A DNA stretch of 61,459 nucleotides, the filler included, from Sphacelaria rigidula (lineage: Eukaryota): the NCBI GenBank assembly GCA_964200075.2. It is 8 parts of 8 records of this genome, joined end to end, with 100 filler letters (N's around TTAATTAATTAA, not from the genome) between each part and the next. Parts side by side here need not be neighbours in the genome. Positions count along the whole stretch, not along the records: positions 46,172 to 53,765 come from CAXNAA020014181.1; positions 53,866 to 61,459 come from CAXNAA020014182.1; 6 more parts are not named here. One strand, 5' to 3'. Position numbers and translations under genes: made by a program. Positions 49,301 through 61,459 of the stretch are shown piece by piece. A model generated the notes under the pieces. That model was not told the DNA's origin and made no database searches. It worked only from the letters and a program-made list of their open reading frames with translations. The first letter of the stretch is position 1. Each line of letters begins with the position of its first letter.

Positions 49301-51301
49301 GCCGTTGGATACGACCATGCAACTGGTTGTAAATACAGACAAGCCGGACGTCCGGCTGGTGATACACTCCGGTATACCCAAGACGGTGGAGTCGTACTAC
49401 CAGCAGACCGGGAGAGCGGGGAGAGATGGGCTTCCGGCAAAATGCGTACTGTTGTTTTCCCGAGCGGACGCCGTAAAACAGAAGAGGTGAGCGCAGCGCC
49501 AACACGAGGCGTCGAAGGTGGTACTGGGTAGGGTACCGTACCCCAGGTATTGTGAGGTTCCACGGTCTCCTTCAGTATCAAGTACCGCAGGGTACCTGGG
49601 GTATTAACCGATGAAAATATTCAGAGCTTGTCGCGGAATAACGGACGGGTAATAGCACGAAACGGGACGGGACGGGGCAGGACGGGACGGGACGGGAATG
49701 ATCGTCCCGTCTCGTCGTGGTTTTGGCGACAGAAACACGTTGCCGTCCCGTTTCATCGTTTTCTCGGCAATGGCAAACAAGTCCCTGTCCAGTTTCGCAT
49801 CTTTTTGGCGCGAGAAAACTTTCATGTCTTGCTCCAACGACACGAGGAAATTCCCGATGTTTTTTAGGGGAATTATTGTCAGATTAAACGGGGGCCTCCG
49901 TCAATTGCATGGGAGGTTTTGTCCAATCTGTTGGGAAATTGAGTATATATTTGAACGTGTTCGATGTGGGATCATATATTCAATTATTTTCGGCCTTCGA
50001 CTCTTCCCGCAGCCCGTCCTTACATATCACATGATGAGCGGACGACATGTCACGGAACTTCCAGATGGGACGGGACTTATCGTCCCCATATGCGTACTGC
50101 ACTGGACTGTACGAGACTGTTTTCCCGTCGCCATCATGAGTCGTTATCGGATGTCGCACCCCGAAACCGATGATTACTTCTTGGTGAATTTGTCCAGGCA
50201 TCGCTGCACTCAATTTTGGCGTCGTCTTGATTTTTTCGCGGGGATCACTCACATATTTTCCATGAAGATGAGACGAAACGGCGTAAAACCGGACAGAACG
50301 AATCAGGAAAATGCCACGGGAATGTTCTCGAAATTCCCGCCCCGTCTGTCCCCAAAATAATTAATCCCGTTCCGGTTCCCCGTTTTTCGCCACGGAAAAA
50401 TTGTTCCCATCCCGTCTTTTTTCCTGGCAACGGGAAATCGTTCCCATCCCGTCCTGTCCTGTCCCGACGTCCTATGACAAGTCCGTGAGAGATCGAAATT
50501 GTCCTGATGAAACGGGCAGGGGAGCGGGTGATAACATGTTCCTGTGATCGTAAGAATATCGCCAATGCTGCAGTCGTGAAGTTTGAATTCTTCAGAATGA
50601 TGTACAGTACGGCGCGCCGTCTATTAGTGCGATGGAGTTCGTTGCTCGAGGCTACTCCCCCGTCTGTTGAGCTTGAATGAATCCATCGGTGGGGCGGGTA
50701 TCTACTATGGAAGTCGCTTTTGACCATGAAGGCTGTAGTCCCATCACAATGATTTACTCTGAGATCACACCCCCAGTGCGATTGCTCATGATTCAGAGGA
50801 ACCCTCCGGGTACGGTGGGGTGCGATACTGGTGCGATTCAGCACCTCAGGTATAGTACCCTGACCTAGTACTCGACATTTTCGGTAGTGGATATGTGCCC
50901 TCGTGCAAAATCAGAGAAAGGTACATGACAGGCGTACCTTACCCTTATCACGTCAGGAACGATGTCGGGAATACCTGGCATGTTTGGTCAATTACACTGG
51001 AGAACCAGGGTACCCTCGGGGTACGGTACCCTACCCTCACTGCCTTCGCAAGCCAAAACGCCCCCCGCCCTTATTCTGATCGCATCAGCTGATGTCACCC
51101 TGAAATTTATGCGCGCGCGACTTGTACATAATTATGCGCGCGCGACGTGGTACAGCATCATTGCCATGTCTACCACGGGCGCCCCCACATCGCCTGCGGT
51201 CGTGGAGCGCGACCTGAAGCTCTTGGCTGCTATGGAGAAGTTCGCCACGGCACCCGATTGCCGGCGGAAAGCACTTCTGGGGTACTTTGGAGAGGACATG
51301 G
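46328..51301 (+). CDS. RecQ-family DNA helicase, internal exons 46328-46447, 47086-47190, 47986-48022, 49339-49486, 51156-51301
   Basis: Motifs [56 protein letters not shown] and the Zn-binding CRRKALLGYFGE. Frames join correctly. Confidence 0.95.
49526..51042. mobile_element. Nested TIR elements in the RecQ intron (outer TIR GGGTAGGGTACCGTACCCC; inner ~49622-50488 with GGGAC/GTCCC subterminal repeats)
   Basis: 49526-49544 is the reverse complement of 51018-51036. The right end reads CAGTG on the minus strand (hAT-like). Confidence 0.65.
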
Positions 51302-52763
51302 GTGAGACAGACACCGGCCTCGATTTTTTCGGAGAGGGGGGGAAGTGGCCGGGGAAAAGCTATTTCTACTCCAGTGTACATCGGTCAGGAAGGTTTTGAA
51401 TTTGTAAATAAGATGCTTCACCTTTTTTTGTCAAAAATATCGTATACTACTGGCCAAAAATTGGGTATGGCAGGTATCCGGCTGAACAACTTGAGGCTAA
51501 AAAATCGTGCTCGAGGAAAATATAGACTTGAAAATATACCTACCTGTTTGAGGCAAGGTACGGAGCTCTTTGGGGCACGGTAGAGGTACAAGAGGAATCT
51601 GCTGGATAATCTGCAATTTCGCGGCTATGCTAAGAAAACTTCATGTTTGTTTTCGATCTATTTTTCTTGCAGCGTGTGTGTAAAATGATGCCACACTGCG
51701 TGTTGTCGGTAAAAACGACTGCAACCCGGTCGAGTGCACGCTATATTTTCGCGTCGCCGAAACGTTTTCGTCGACCACCTGTACCCGAATGTAGCCCGAA
51801 ACAGCAAGATGTATCTTTTCCCGGCCACTGCCCTCTTTTCTTCGTGTTCATTACTGTAGTCTCAAACCTCATTCCACTCTCTTCCTCTCAGGATAAGTCC
51901 GTAGCTCCGAGGGATCCATTGACAAGGTATAGATACCTTTTCCTGTCCACTGCGCTCTTGCTTCGTGTTTCATGTGCTCGTCACATTCTCAGCTCTCCAT
52001 TTTCCGCTCGGGATAGTAGAGTTGACGCGAATCGATCGAGGAATCCCATGGTTGAAAGCAAACACTTGGTTTCCGTGTAGATGATCAAGTTCGGACCTTT
52101 TGGGGGATGACATTCCCAGGTGCCCGCTAGCGTTCGCAGGGTGCGTTTTTGCTTCGATTGGCGCCTCCAGCGCCGATTTCAGCTGTTCCTACGCACACTT
52201 CGCCCAGGACATGACATGCATCCCCCTTACCCGAGGGTTCTCGGAATGCTTGGGATTGGGGTTGGGGGGATAGCGTCATCGTCATGATTTGACAAAATCA
52301 AGGTACATTATGTTCAACGATGGAAATTGTTCAGCAGTTCGCGTAAGCGTCCCTCTCTCGAAACGAGTCCTAGTGCCAAAAAGTCGATTGGCCCATCTCT
52401 TGCATTACGGCGCCTGCCTTGCACGTTGTTTCCGATTGGGCGCTTGGATCAGCACTGTCAGTACGACCACAGTCCCGCCCACGTTTTACAGGATTTCATC
52501 GCTGTATGGATATACTTCGCACGTGTATCTTTGCCATCTCTTATTCTCACGTTTTCTGATGATGGAAAACGTAAACACAAAGTGAGATTAACACGGCTCT
52601 GGATGCTTTCGGGATTGTAACAAATCCAAAACCTTCGCCCGAACCAGTGCTGGATATACTGTGGCGGAAATCGCAACACTTTTTGAGGCAAGTGTTGGTT
52701 TGGTGCGCCAGTTTCATCAACGAGGAACGGCGGCACTCTTTTCTCCCCCGTGGTGCTGTGATA

Positions 52764-52804
<41 letters not shown>

Positions 52805-55800
52805 TCCCCCGCCGCCTCCCTCTTTCTTGCTCTTNNNNNNNNNNTTGGTTTGGGGCGCCAGTTTTCTCCACGAGGGCCGGGGGCCCTCTTTTCCCCCCCC
52901 TGGGGTTTTGAGAAGGCCCCCCCCCCCCCCCCCCCCCCCCATTGTATTTTCCCATCGGTTGTTCATTTTGTTCTCGATCGATGGCTTTGCGGTGCTCCCT
53001 GGTGTGTGTCTACCTGCTCCACGGTACCGTGTCCTCTGGGCTACATCACATGTGTAGCCTCCTTCTCGGGTCTCTATTCCTCTCCCCATATCTGCCTCTA
53101 AGAGTGCGTTATTTCGTCCCGGTGTATGCAAATATAATAGCAGGTTGGTGCCTCGCTTTCGTACGGTTCATAAATGAGATCTTCGTACCCCAAATAGTGA
53201 GGTCGAAATAGATTAGACGCAATTTCTCCCACGGCATTTTTGTTTTTGACGATTGGGTATAAGAGTGTGTGTTTTTTTGCGAAATATTGCCCTCCGACGC
53301 CATGGTGCAGAGGCTGGTCATTTTTTTATTTTTCGTCTCAGTCAACTCCGTATGCTCTACCTTCCTCTTGTTCTTCACTTCTCTTCAGCGAGTGCTCCCG
53401 CTTGATTTTTACGTCGAGTGCGTCTATCATGCGACCAGGGCTGGATTCCTGGGGGAAAACATAAAGTGCGACAATGAGTCAATCAAATCAGTCGGGGTGG
53501 TTCAAAATTCGTTGTGATGGGTAATAACACGGTTAGTACGCAGGGCGCACCACGATTTATTTTCGGGCCAAACAGTGTTTCGTGTTTCGTGGCCATGCTG
53601 CTGGAAATCGTACACAGGGCCACCTCTAGGGCGGTTTTTGGTTGGTTTGGTCGTACTACACGCAAGGAAATTGGTATGTCGCCTGTGTACAGTGCTGTGC
53701 CCGTGGCCATCTCGTGTGTCTCCCCCCCCCCCCCCCCCCCCCCCCCCCCGTGTGGGGGGGGGGCGNNNNNNNNNNNNNNNNNNNNNNNNNNNNNNNNNNN
53801 NNNNNNNNNTTAATTAATTAANNNNNNNNNNNNNNNNNNNNNNNNNNNNNNNNNNNNNNNNNNNNGCATACTTTTTTTCACTTGAAATTGATGCCGATTC
53901 AACAGAAGATTAACCTCGCGATCCAAGGGTTAAAGTTTCATACGCAAGTATGTGTGCCATCGTTGCACCCCAGGGGGGCGTACTCATTCGTTGCTTGCCT
54001 TGGTCGTGTGACAATTGACCACGCATCCCTTTCGAGACGGAGCAACCCCATGGGGGGGGGGGGGGGACTCATGATCATGCATGCCATAGTCATAAGACCA
54101 TTGATGTACAAAGCCGGGACGGAGCACGCCGGGTTTTCGCCGGACCCGACTGGCAATCAATCACCAATCGCGAATCGATGTGATGTGTTCGACGAGTCGC
54201 ATGAAGGATGAGCTGCATCATGCCGAGATTGTTCGGCCCGAAGCATACTGGTCATCTCGCATTCGGGTGGCAGTTTGCAAAGAGTTGCTTTACTTTCTGG
54301 TATCGCCATATCCAGGGACAGTCATGGCTTACCCACTGCCTCATTGTTTTTTCACCATTTAAACACTACGGAGTATGATCACCCCCTTTGCGCGGAAGAG
54401 AGGTTCTCCCACTCTGCACAATATGATCTAGCTTGACCGCCATCACGGCTACCGCAAAAACCCCACAAGCGCGCAGAAGAAATCGGCACTCTGGTTGCCT
54501 AGTTTACGCCGCAAGTAGCGTGTATTACAGCGTCATTGCCGACCGATGCCAACCCTGTAGGGGGTCCGGTCCGTCCCTGCAAAGCCAGGACGGAGCACGC
54601 CGAGTTATGGCCGGACCAGGTCCATACAAGGGAGGGGGGGGGGGATGCTAAGAGTTACTACAGACGGAGATCCTCACGCCATCAGCCATATCCTGCTCTT
54701 TCCGAAATTCTGGCCTGATTTTCTGATGAAACCAAGTGAGATTTCTCACGAGAAGGCGACGTTGAAAGTAAGTGGTGCGCAGAGGGGAAACTGTCGAACT
54801 TTGGTGAGGGTACCGTCCACGCACTGGTGAGCGGGAAATTTAAATCACCCACCGCAACAGCTTGCTCCCGTCACGGGGTGGACACCGGTACACGTTATTC
54901 GCACTTTGGAGCGTCCTTTGGTTATCGTCAAGTTGAACAGCAGGAGTACAGTATGAAACGGCATTGTACAACGGATGCCCCAGGAACTGGGCGGGTTTAC
55001 AACTGTCCCACGAGGCGACATAGCTTGCGATCGCAATCCGATTTGAGGTGTGTTCGCCACTTGGTCGATGAAGAACTTTCTCGAAAAGATACACTTAAAA
55101 ATAACCCTAACCCTAACCCTTACCCTAACCCCAGGCATACCCAGACCCCTCGGGCGACGGGGGTGTGAAGCGTTCCCCAGGCAAAGTGTGGCGTTAGCAG
55201 ACCTCAAAAACTGCGAAAAGCAGACCGCAGGCGCCGGTTTTGACGAAAACGCGTTGTGGGCACGCGAGGGGCAGTTGGGGCTGTCAGCCCCGCTAAAGAC
55301 CCGAATACCGGTGTTTGCACTCAAATCAAGGCTGGGAAGGTTCTAATCGACCAAGTTGCAAACACTACTGCCCGATTTACACTGTACGTACGTCGTTCAA
55401 CTTATCCATAGCGCTTGACAACCTAGAGATGCTCCAAAATGCGATCAACGTGTACCAGCGGCCACCCTTGCTGACGCTTGAAACATGTGATGAAGAAATG
55501 AGGCCGCTCTGTCGTACGCCCGTGTATCATGGGGCCAACGCGACTGCGGACGCGGCTCGCTACCAAGAATCACGTCACTAAGACACCGAGGACACTGAAT
55601 CTTGATTGCTACTTGGGGATACGCAATTCCGCTTCAAGAAACGGAGTCCCTTCAAAGGGCGCAAACTAGTTCCCAAGTACAGCGTAATACTGTATGAAGC
55701 TGTACAGTTCAGCACATCCATCACTGAAAAATCAATATTTGGCTCTGTTTCATGTTTGTCGAGAGTGGGGCGCTTCTGTATGTGGTGTGGACAGCATGTT

Positions 55801-55822
55801 TCCGGCAAACATACAGGATTGA

Positions 55823-56477
55823 GGCCGTGTCTTAACACATACACCATTTTTCGATCGAAAAAGTGCGGTGGAAAACAAATGCTCCGATCTGATAGGTCGT
55901 GATTTCAACCAACTTCAAAATAAACTACGATAGTTGAAATCACGACCGATCAGATCGGAGTTTTCCTTTTTCACCGCACATTTTCGATCGAAAAAAATAT
56001 ATGCTAAGACCACTTTGCATAGCAACCAATCCGTATTTGTACAAATGAGGCTTTCAGTCCGTTTAAACCTGATTGTCTCCCGCGGATTGATTTCTCGGAC
56101 CCTAGTCCGTGGGGCAATGTTTTTCGTCAAGCTCTGAGGAAATCCGTTCAATTCTCCGATTCTCTGGGCGCTAACCTTTGGTTCATCACCTCTCTGCTCA
56201 GATCGGGAGACACCCGTATCTCCCCCGAATCTGGGGCCCAAATCGGGGGGGATGCGAGAGTCTCCCAACCTGAGCAAAAAGGTGGTGGATAAAAAGTCAG
56301 CGTCCAGAGAATCGCAGAATTGATCTGCTTTCGTCAGAGCTAGGTGAAAAACATTGCCCAACGGACCGGGGTCCAAAAACTCAAGCCACGGGAGGAGATC
56401 GGATTTAAACTGGCTGAAATCCTCATATTTGTACAAATACGGATTGGTTGCCGTACAAAGTGGTCTAAGACACGCCC
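55823..56477. mobile_element. PIF/Harbinger-like MITE with an internal hairpin and a 460-bp palindrome
   Basis: TIR GGCCGTGTCTTA / TAAGACACGCCC, with a TGA direct repeat at 55820-55822 and 56478-56480. Confidence 0.7.
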
Positions 56478-56898
56478 TGACACAGACCTAGATTCCCTGA
56501 GCAACTCACGCGGAAGATTTCCCCTACTGTAGTGTAAGACAGCTTGCCCGCTGGCTGACTCGATAAACGCAAGAGAAAACCCCTCCAGGGCAAGCTCCGA
56601 CTCAAGAAAAGTGAGGGGCGGATACACATGCCCCCGCGATCGCCGGTCTTCCGGTGGAATGCGCACACAGGCAGTGTCCTCATTTGGCAACACCAGTGAA
56701 GCCAACGGGGTCAGGATGCTCCCAGAAATAGTGGGGGGCAGCGTGGCGGAGGAAGGGGGGGCATCCTTCGAAGGTCATGGACGATCCTGAGGGCTGTTGT
56801 TATTTTTCGGCTTCTGTTCTGCTCTCGACGTCCTTGCACATTAAGATAGATGTTGTTCGTGACCTCCACTTCGTGCACGTGGTTCCCCCTATATACAG

Positions 56899-59708
56899 GC
56901 CAACACTTTCGAGGCGACGCCTACTGTGGGTTTCCAGGTCGAAGAATTTTCCAAGAACAACGTGAACTTCACCATCTTCGATATGTCCGGGCAATCGCGG
57001 TATCGCACGTTGTGGGAGCACTATTTTAGGTAAGCACGTGAGTACCACCGTTTTTGAGTGGATTAGCGGGCACTCTATGTAATAGCATCATCTTGTTTTC
57101 CCTCGGACACGTTTCCTCCTTGTGTCCACTCGCGCTTGTCTTGATCCAACCGGATGAAGGGTCCTGCAATTTCTAGCGATCTGTCGCCACACCGTACCTC
57201 GTGGGAGCAGTGATTCTGATGAGGAGGAGGTACGTGGGTGAGAGGGCCGGGGACATGGCCACGACGTACCGCAGGGGCTATGGGACTTCAATACAACGGA
57301 TAATGCACTTTTTGACGTGCTTGATCGGGTTGGTCAATGTATTGATTGGTGATCGATTGATTGTTACCGTTACTGTTCCGCTACGAAGCCAACCGTGGTT
57401 ACACACACCACAGACGTCACGCATCCACGGCTTACTAGAGAGAAGTACACCCTGAAGGACACTCGAGACGGTAGGTAGGAATAAAGGAGAAACGAAAATG
57501 GTAGAACAAGACAAGAGGGGAACGGACATGGATGGGGAGGGAAAAAGAGACAACCGAACGGTGACTGCAACGAAACCGAGTACAGAGGCAAGCCGCTCGA
57601 GCATAAAATGTCTCAACCACTTTTCGGCATCTCAATCACGTTTTACGTACGTCCAGAGGTACAGTCGGGGTCTAAGATCAACGACATTCGATTACGTTGA
57701 TGGACGATGACAAGAACTACAACATCAACTCGAAAAAGGAGAAGGAGGAGACGAGGAATCAATCGCCCGCTCCAACTCGTAGCCCACGGCCCAGGGATAC
57801 AAAAGTCTCAAGGACAGGCAATACATGCTCACAGGAAGCAGGCGGTTACTCGTGCGATGTTTAACCGTCGACTATCTCTAGGCATCGAAATCTCGCGCGC
57901 GTTTTATTTGTACGAGTCAATGTACTCTACGATGCTTCATGGATTAGTAAGGACCGGTTCGTTCTTCGGCGACTGACTCTAAGAGGTTCATCGACAAAAA
58001 AGTGTGGAGGAGGGGGGGGGGGGGGGGGGGGGGGAAAAAGAAAAAAAAATTTGGGGGGCGCCTTCCCCCCCCCCCCAAAAAAAAACCCCCCGGTCCAAAA
58101 AATGGNNNNNNNNNNCGATCAAGTTCAGGATACGAGGCCAGAACAATGGAAGCTAATAAAGGAGGTGGGGGGGGGGGGGGCGGGGGGCGGGGGCGGGAGA
58201 AATGCAAGTAAATGTTAGGGCTGCCTTTCCCCGTCCCCTGAAGAACGAACTCTCGGTGCTAAGAATCGTGCTTGGTTCGCATCAATGTAGCTTCGCTTTC
58301 TTGGACGAGTATGAGATTCTAAGGAGGGACTTGCTTCACCGCTGCGCAAATTACGAGCGAGCAGGATTAAACAAGCGAGTGTCTGAAACTTGCGAGCTGC
58401 CCAGCAGCCCTGCTTTTTTTTTTCTTCTGAATGTCTCAGGTGGTAACTGACGTGGACGGTGTTATTTGTGATTCTTAAAAATCGTCCTCGTGAACCTGCT
58501 GTCGAGTGCTACGAACGTTTCCCCCAGCAGCAATTTTCAGCGCGTGGCGGGGGGGGTCACGGATTAAGAGAAACGGTCTATTCTCCGGTGTCCGTCGGGA
58601 GGCTAGCGTAAAGCTCGCATTCATGCACTCCGAGACAGCCGTTTCCCCGCTAAAAGAAGAGCTTTTACTTCTCTCAGCCATTTCACGCACGATAACGTTG
58701 TGCTTTTCATTTGCTGACGATTCCATCAGTGTTGAGAATTGAGCAATGTCGGCCGGAGATGGAACGGTATCCCGGCACAATTTCATCAATTTCGCTTCGA
58801 AAAACGGGAGCAGTGCTGTGCGAAATTGTACAAGGGTCGGACAAATCGATGATTCGTCTGAAAATTACTTGGTTTTAGAGTGATTGATTCGAATCGTACG
58901 AATCAATCCCAAGGCTTTGTTTTCAGCGTTGCAACCCAGGTACACGCAGCCCAGACACGTGGAATGGCGCACACGTTGCGTGGATTGATACCGTTTGGAC
59001 CAGCGGTCAACGTTTACTCGCGTTTAGGCAAGCAGGCCGAAGAAATCGTGGATTTGGTAATTCGAACCCGTAATGATCCCGTGACCGTAAAATTGTGCAA
59101 AAACGCATCGTTCGTTCACGTACTTTACTCCTAGAGGGTGCTGATTGGCGTATGTGGGCCTTATTGTCACTTTTTCATCCCGCCTCCACGACGTCATAAC
59201 TACCGTATCCTCGTTAATCCCTGTTGGAATAACGTACCCGTGCAATTGGGTCGTGCTTCTCACCATTATATTCTGACTGCTCTGGGGAGGTTGTTTTGGT
59301 CACACGCTTCAGCGATACAGTCAGTCCACTTCAAAATCTTCCCATGCTTCCTCCGATCACCCCTTTCCGTTCGTGCTCGTTTTCCTCTTTGGTTCTGAAA
59401 CGAATGCTCGTGTCGCTATTTCGTCATAATACACCCACGCACACCGTTCTTACATCTATTTTTGAGCGCAACTCTCTCCCTCTTCATATATACATACCTT
59501 TATCCATCTAAAGAATTCGAGCCCCGAAACCAACTACGCCGCTCGTGGGTCGGTGTTTTCGTTTTTTCTTTGTTCGCTTTCTTTGTTCGTTCATGGCACA
59601 CGCGCTTGCAGCGACGTGCACGCGGTTATCTTTGTGGTTGATAGCACCGATCGAATTCGATTGTGCGTCGCGAAGGCGGAGCTGGACGAGGTCTTGAAGC
59701 ACAAGGAG
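56899..59708 (+). CDS. ARL6: ADP-ribosylation factor-like GTPase 6 (BBS3), internal exons 56899-57029 and 59612-59708
   Basis: TPTVGFQVEEF...[51 protein letters not shown]. DMSGQ and LWEHY are ARL6-typical. Phase-2 GT-AG join. P-loop exon not found. Confidence 0.92.
58831..59089. mobile_element. hAT-type MITE, copy 3, in the ARL6 intron; TSD AAATTGTA/AAATTGTG
   Basis: Starts CAAGGGTCGGAC, is colinear with 16996-17276, and has a 7/8 matching flanking direct repeat. Confidence 0.85.
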
Positions 59709-60074
59709 GTGTGTGTATGTGTGTGTGCGTGTGTATGTGGAAATTGACAGCGCGGAAATACCACCCTGGGCCGATTTGCTTGACGAGGGGGCAGGGGATC
59801 CCAGTTCCACGTTCAATGTTTTCATAGGAGTCAGCAGAGGGGATGCACAACAGTGCTGTTAAACAAGTCTCGACATGCTTTTCGTTCCAACCAATCAGCT
59901 ACGCCGTCCCTAAAACGAAAGGATGGCATACAATCGGCACAAACCGGCTCGGAATCGACCCGACAAATCAAGGGCATGAGATCGTATCCTGGTCTTCACC
60001 CCCTGCTTTGCTCCGTCTCGAGAGGGATGCGTTGTCGATGATCACACGACTAAGGCAAGCAACAAATGAGTACG

Positions 60075-60120
<46 letters not shown>

Positions 60121-61459
60121 ACACCACCCTCACCCCGGCGGGAGTGGGAGNNNNNNNNNNCCCCCCCTTCTTTGCCCCCTCCCGAGGGGGATGCGTTGTC
60201 GATGATCCCACAACAAAGCCAAGCGACAAATGATTACGCCCCCCCCCCCCCCTCCTTTCAGATGCATCAGCACATTACCATGACCATCGTGGTGATGAGA
60301 GGTAACGATAGTGAAAAAGAAGTATTTCTCGGACAATGTTTTCGACATAACCTAAGAAATGCTATTGGTTTTGTCTCTCACTTGGTTTTCAAGTGTGAAC
60401 TCATGAAAGAGAGACATCATATATACACACGGCGATCTAGCGATCGGCGATGTAGAGGAAGGGAATTCCAGGAAGGAATGGAAAAGCCCCGAAGCGATCA
60501 GTCGAAACGGTCGCGGAACGAGAAAATAAAAAAGTGAACTCCCGTGCAACAGCAGCGGCAGCGGCGGCAGCAGCAACAACGGAGGAACTACGCATGCCGC
60601 ACACGTGAAGGCAAAGAGCTCTTACACTGGGGACAAGGAAGGAACGTCAAGAAGTTGATGTCCGATAGAAATATTCACCAGTTCACCTGCAAAAAGAGAC
60701 ATCCAACAGCAGGGGTGGGAGTGTAAACGATCGCTCGAAGCACCGGAGTTGGGTGCATGACAGTGGAGCGCAACGTTACAGTACTTCTTCACCTCCACTG
60801 TCGCGGGGTAGGTCGCAAGTGTCAGCAAACCGTTACCGACTTGCCGCTCAGTGTCGAGACCATTATTAGCAGGTACTCTGAGAACTACCTTTCCGTTTCA
60901 GGCACCGACACTTTGATCGCCCCCCCGCCTTTCCCTCCTTCCCTGTTCTCACCGGGGATCTGTGTGTATGTTCTATTTTCCTCGCTGAGAGACCTATGGC
61001 TTCATGACGTTTGTCATCTATCCGAGTATTCGCTTGCGGCTACAGTAAACAACTAAAAATAGCGCTAGTAGGGTCATTTCTGACGGCAGCAGGGCAGACG
61101 CAAAGTTCCGGGAATCCATTCGGTACTTCCTCGTCCTTCCGTTTTTCAGTGTATACTTGAGTATCCTGGAACTCAGCGGAAACGAGTTCGTCACTTGTCA
61201 CGATATCGGGGGAGATATGGAGGATATAATGAGTTATTCGTTGCTGCTGCGGGCTCGTGTAGAGGAAGGGGGAGGGTTCAAAGTCAGAAGTAATAAAACC
61301 CGGCCGAGGAACGAATCTTGCAGGTATAGCCAGAGCGAATTTTCGAGAACGTTTAGTTGACTACCAATTCATTGAAAATGAACGACGGATGCTCGGAACG
61401 TTCCGGTTAATCTCTGACAGCTACGCTAGCTGATGAGTCATGCTACGATAGGGGAGGGG

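Noticed and set aside
52700-52945. Poly-C/poly-G tracts, local duplications and poly-Pro/Gly ORFs around 10-N gaps (also ~6780-6950, 17330-17510, 30590-30682, 58010-58200, 60075-60250)
   Set aside because: Typical low-quality read ends at homopolymers; the ORFs are low-complexity artefacts.
46328-59708. RecQ, ARL6, telomeric repeats and EsV-1-7 as a functional cluster or endogenous virus
   Set aside because: They sit on different, artificially joined contigs. RecQ and ARL6 are intron-rich host genes, and no NCLDV core genes were seen.
61410-61459. Hammerhead ribozyme (CTGATGAGTC...)
   Set aside because: No GAAA, stem II is not closed, and there is no UH cleavage triplet before stem I.

Overview
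Eukaryotic, intron-rich, repeat-rich DNA, almost certainly from a brown alga (Phaeophyceae, Ectocarpus-like). The evidence is an EsV-1-7 repeat protein, a multi-WSC protein, ARL6/BBS3 and TTAGGG repeats. The window is not one locus. It is eight unplaced contigs of 7596, 7596, 7595, 7595, 7595, 7594, 7594 and 7594 bp, sorted by length and joined by artificial 100-bp spacers (44 N + TTAATTAATTAA + 44 N), so adjacency across spacers means nothing. Contents by contig: (1) TTAGGG-containing TIR elements and a decayed Ty1/copia element; (2) tandem duplications and a 38-aa EsV-1-7 Cys/His repeat array cut by the contig end; (3) SINEs, MITEs, LINE-like tails and a highly structured 250-nt segment; (4) the 3' 12 exons of a metzincin (peptidyl-Asp/reprolysin-like) protease fused to five WSC domains; (5) an unknown terminal exon and a decayed Ty3/gypsy element; (6) an internally deleted hAT transposon and two exons of an unknown gene; (7) five exons of a RecQ helicase; (8) two exons of ARL6/BBS3 and a Harbinger-like element carrying a 460-bp palindrome. 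Best leads: the EsV-1-7 array with position-specific variable residues, the Ginger-like MITE with telomeric repeats, and the all-phase-0 modular WSC exon cassette. All calls are by-eye motif recognition and no searches were run.
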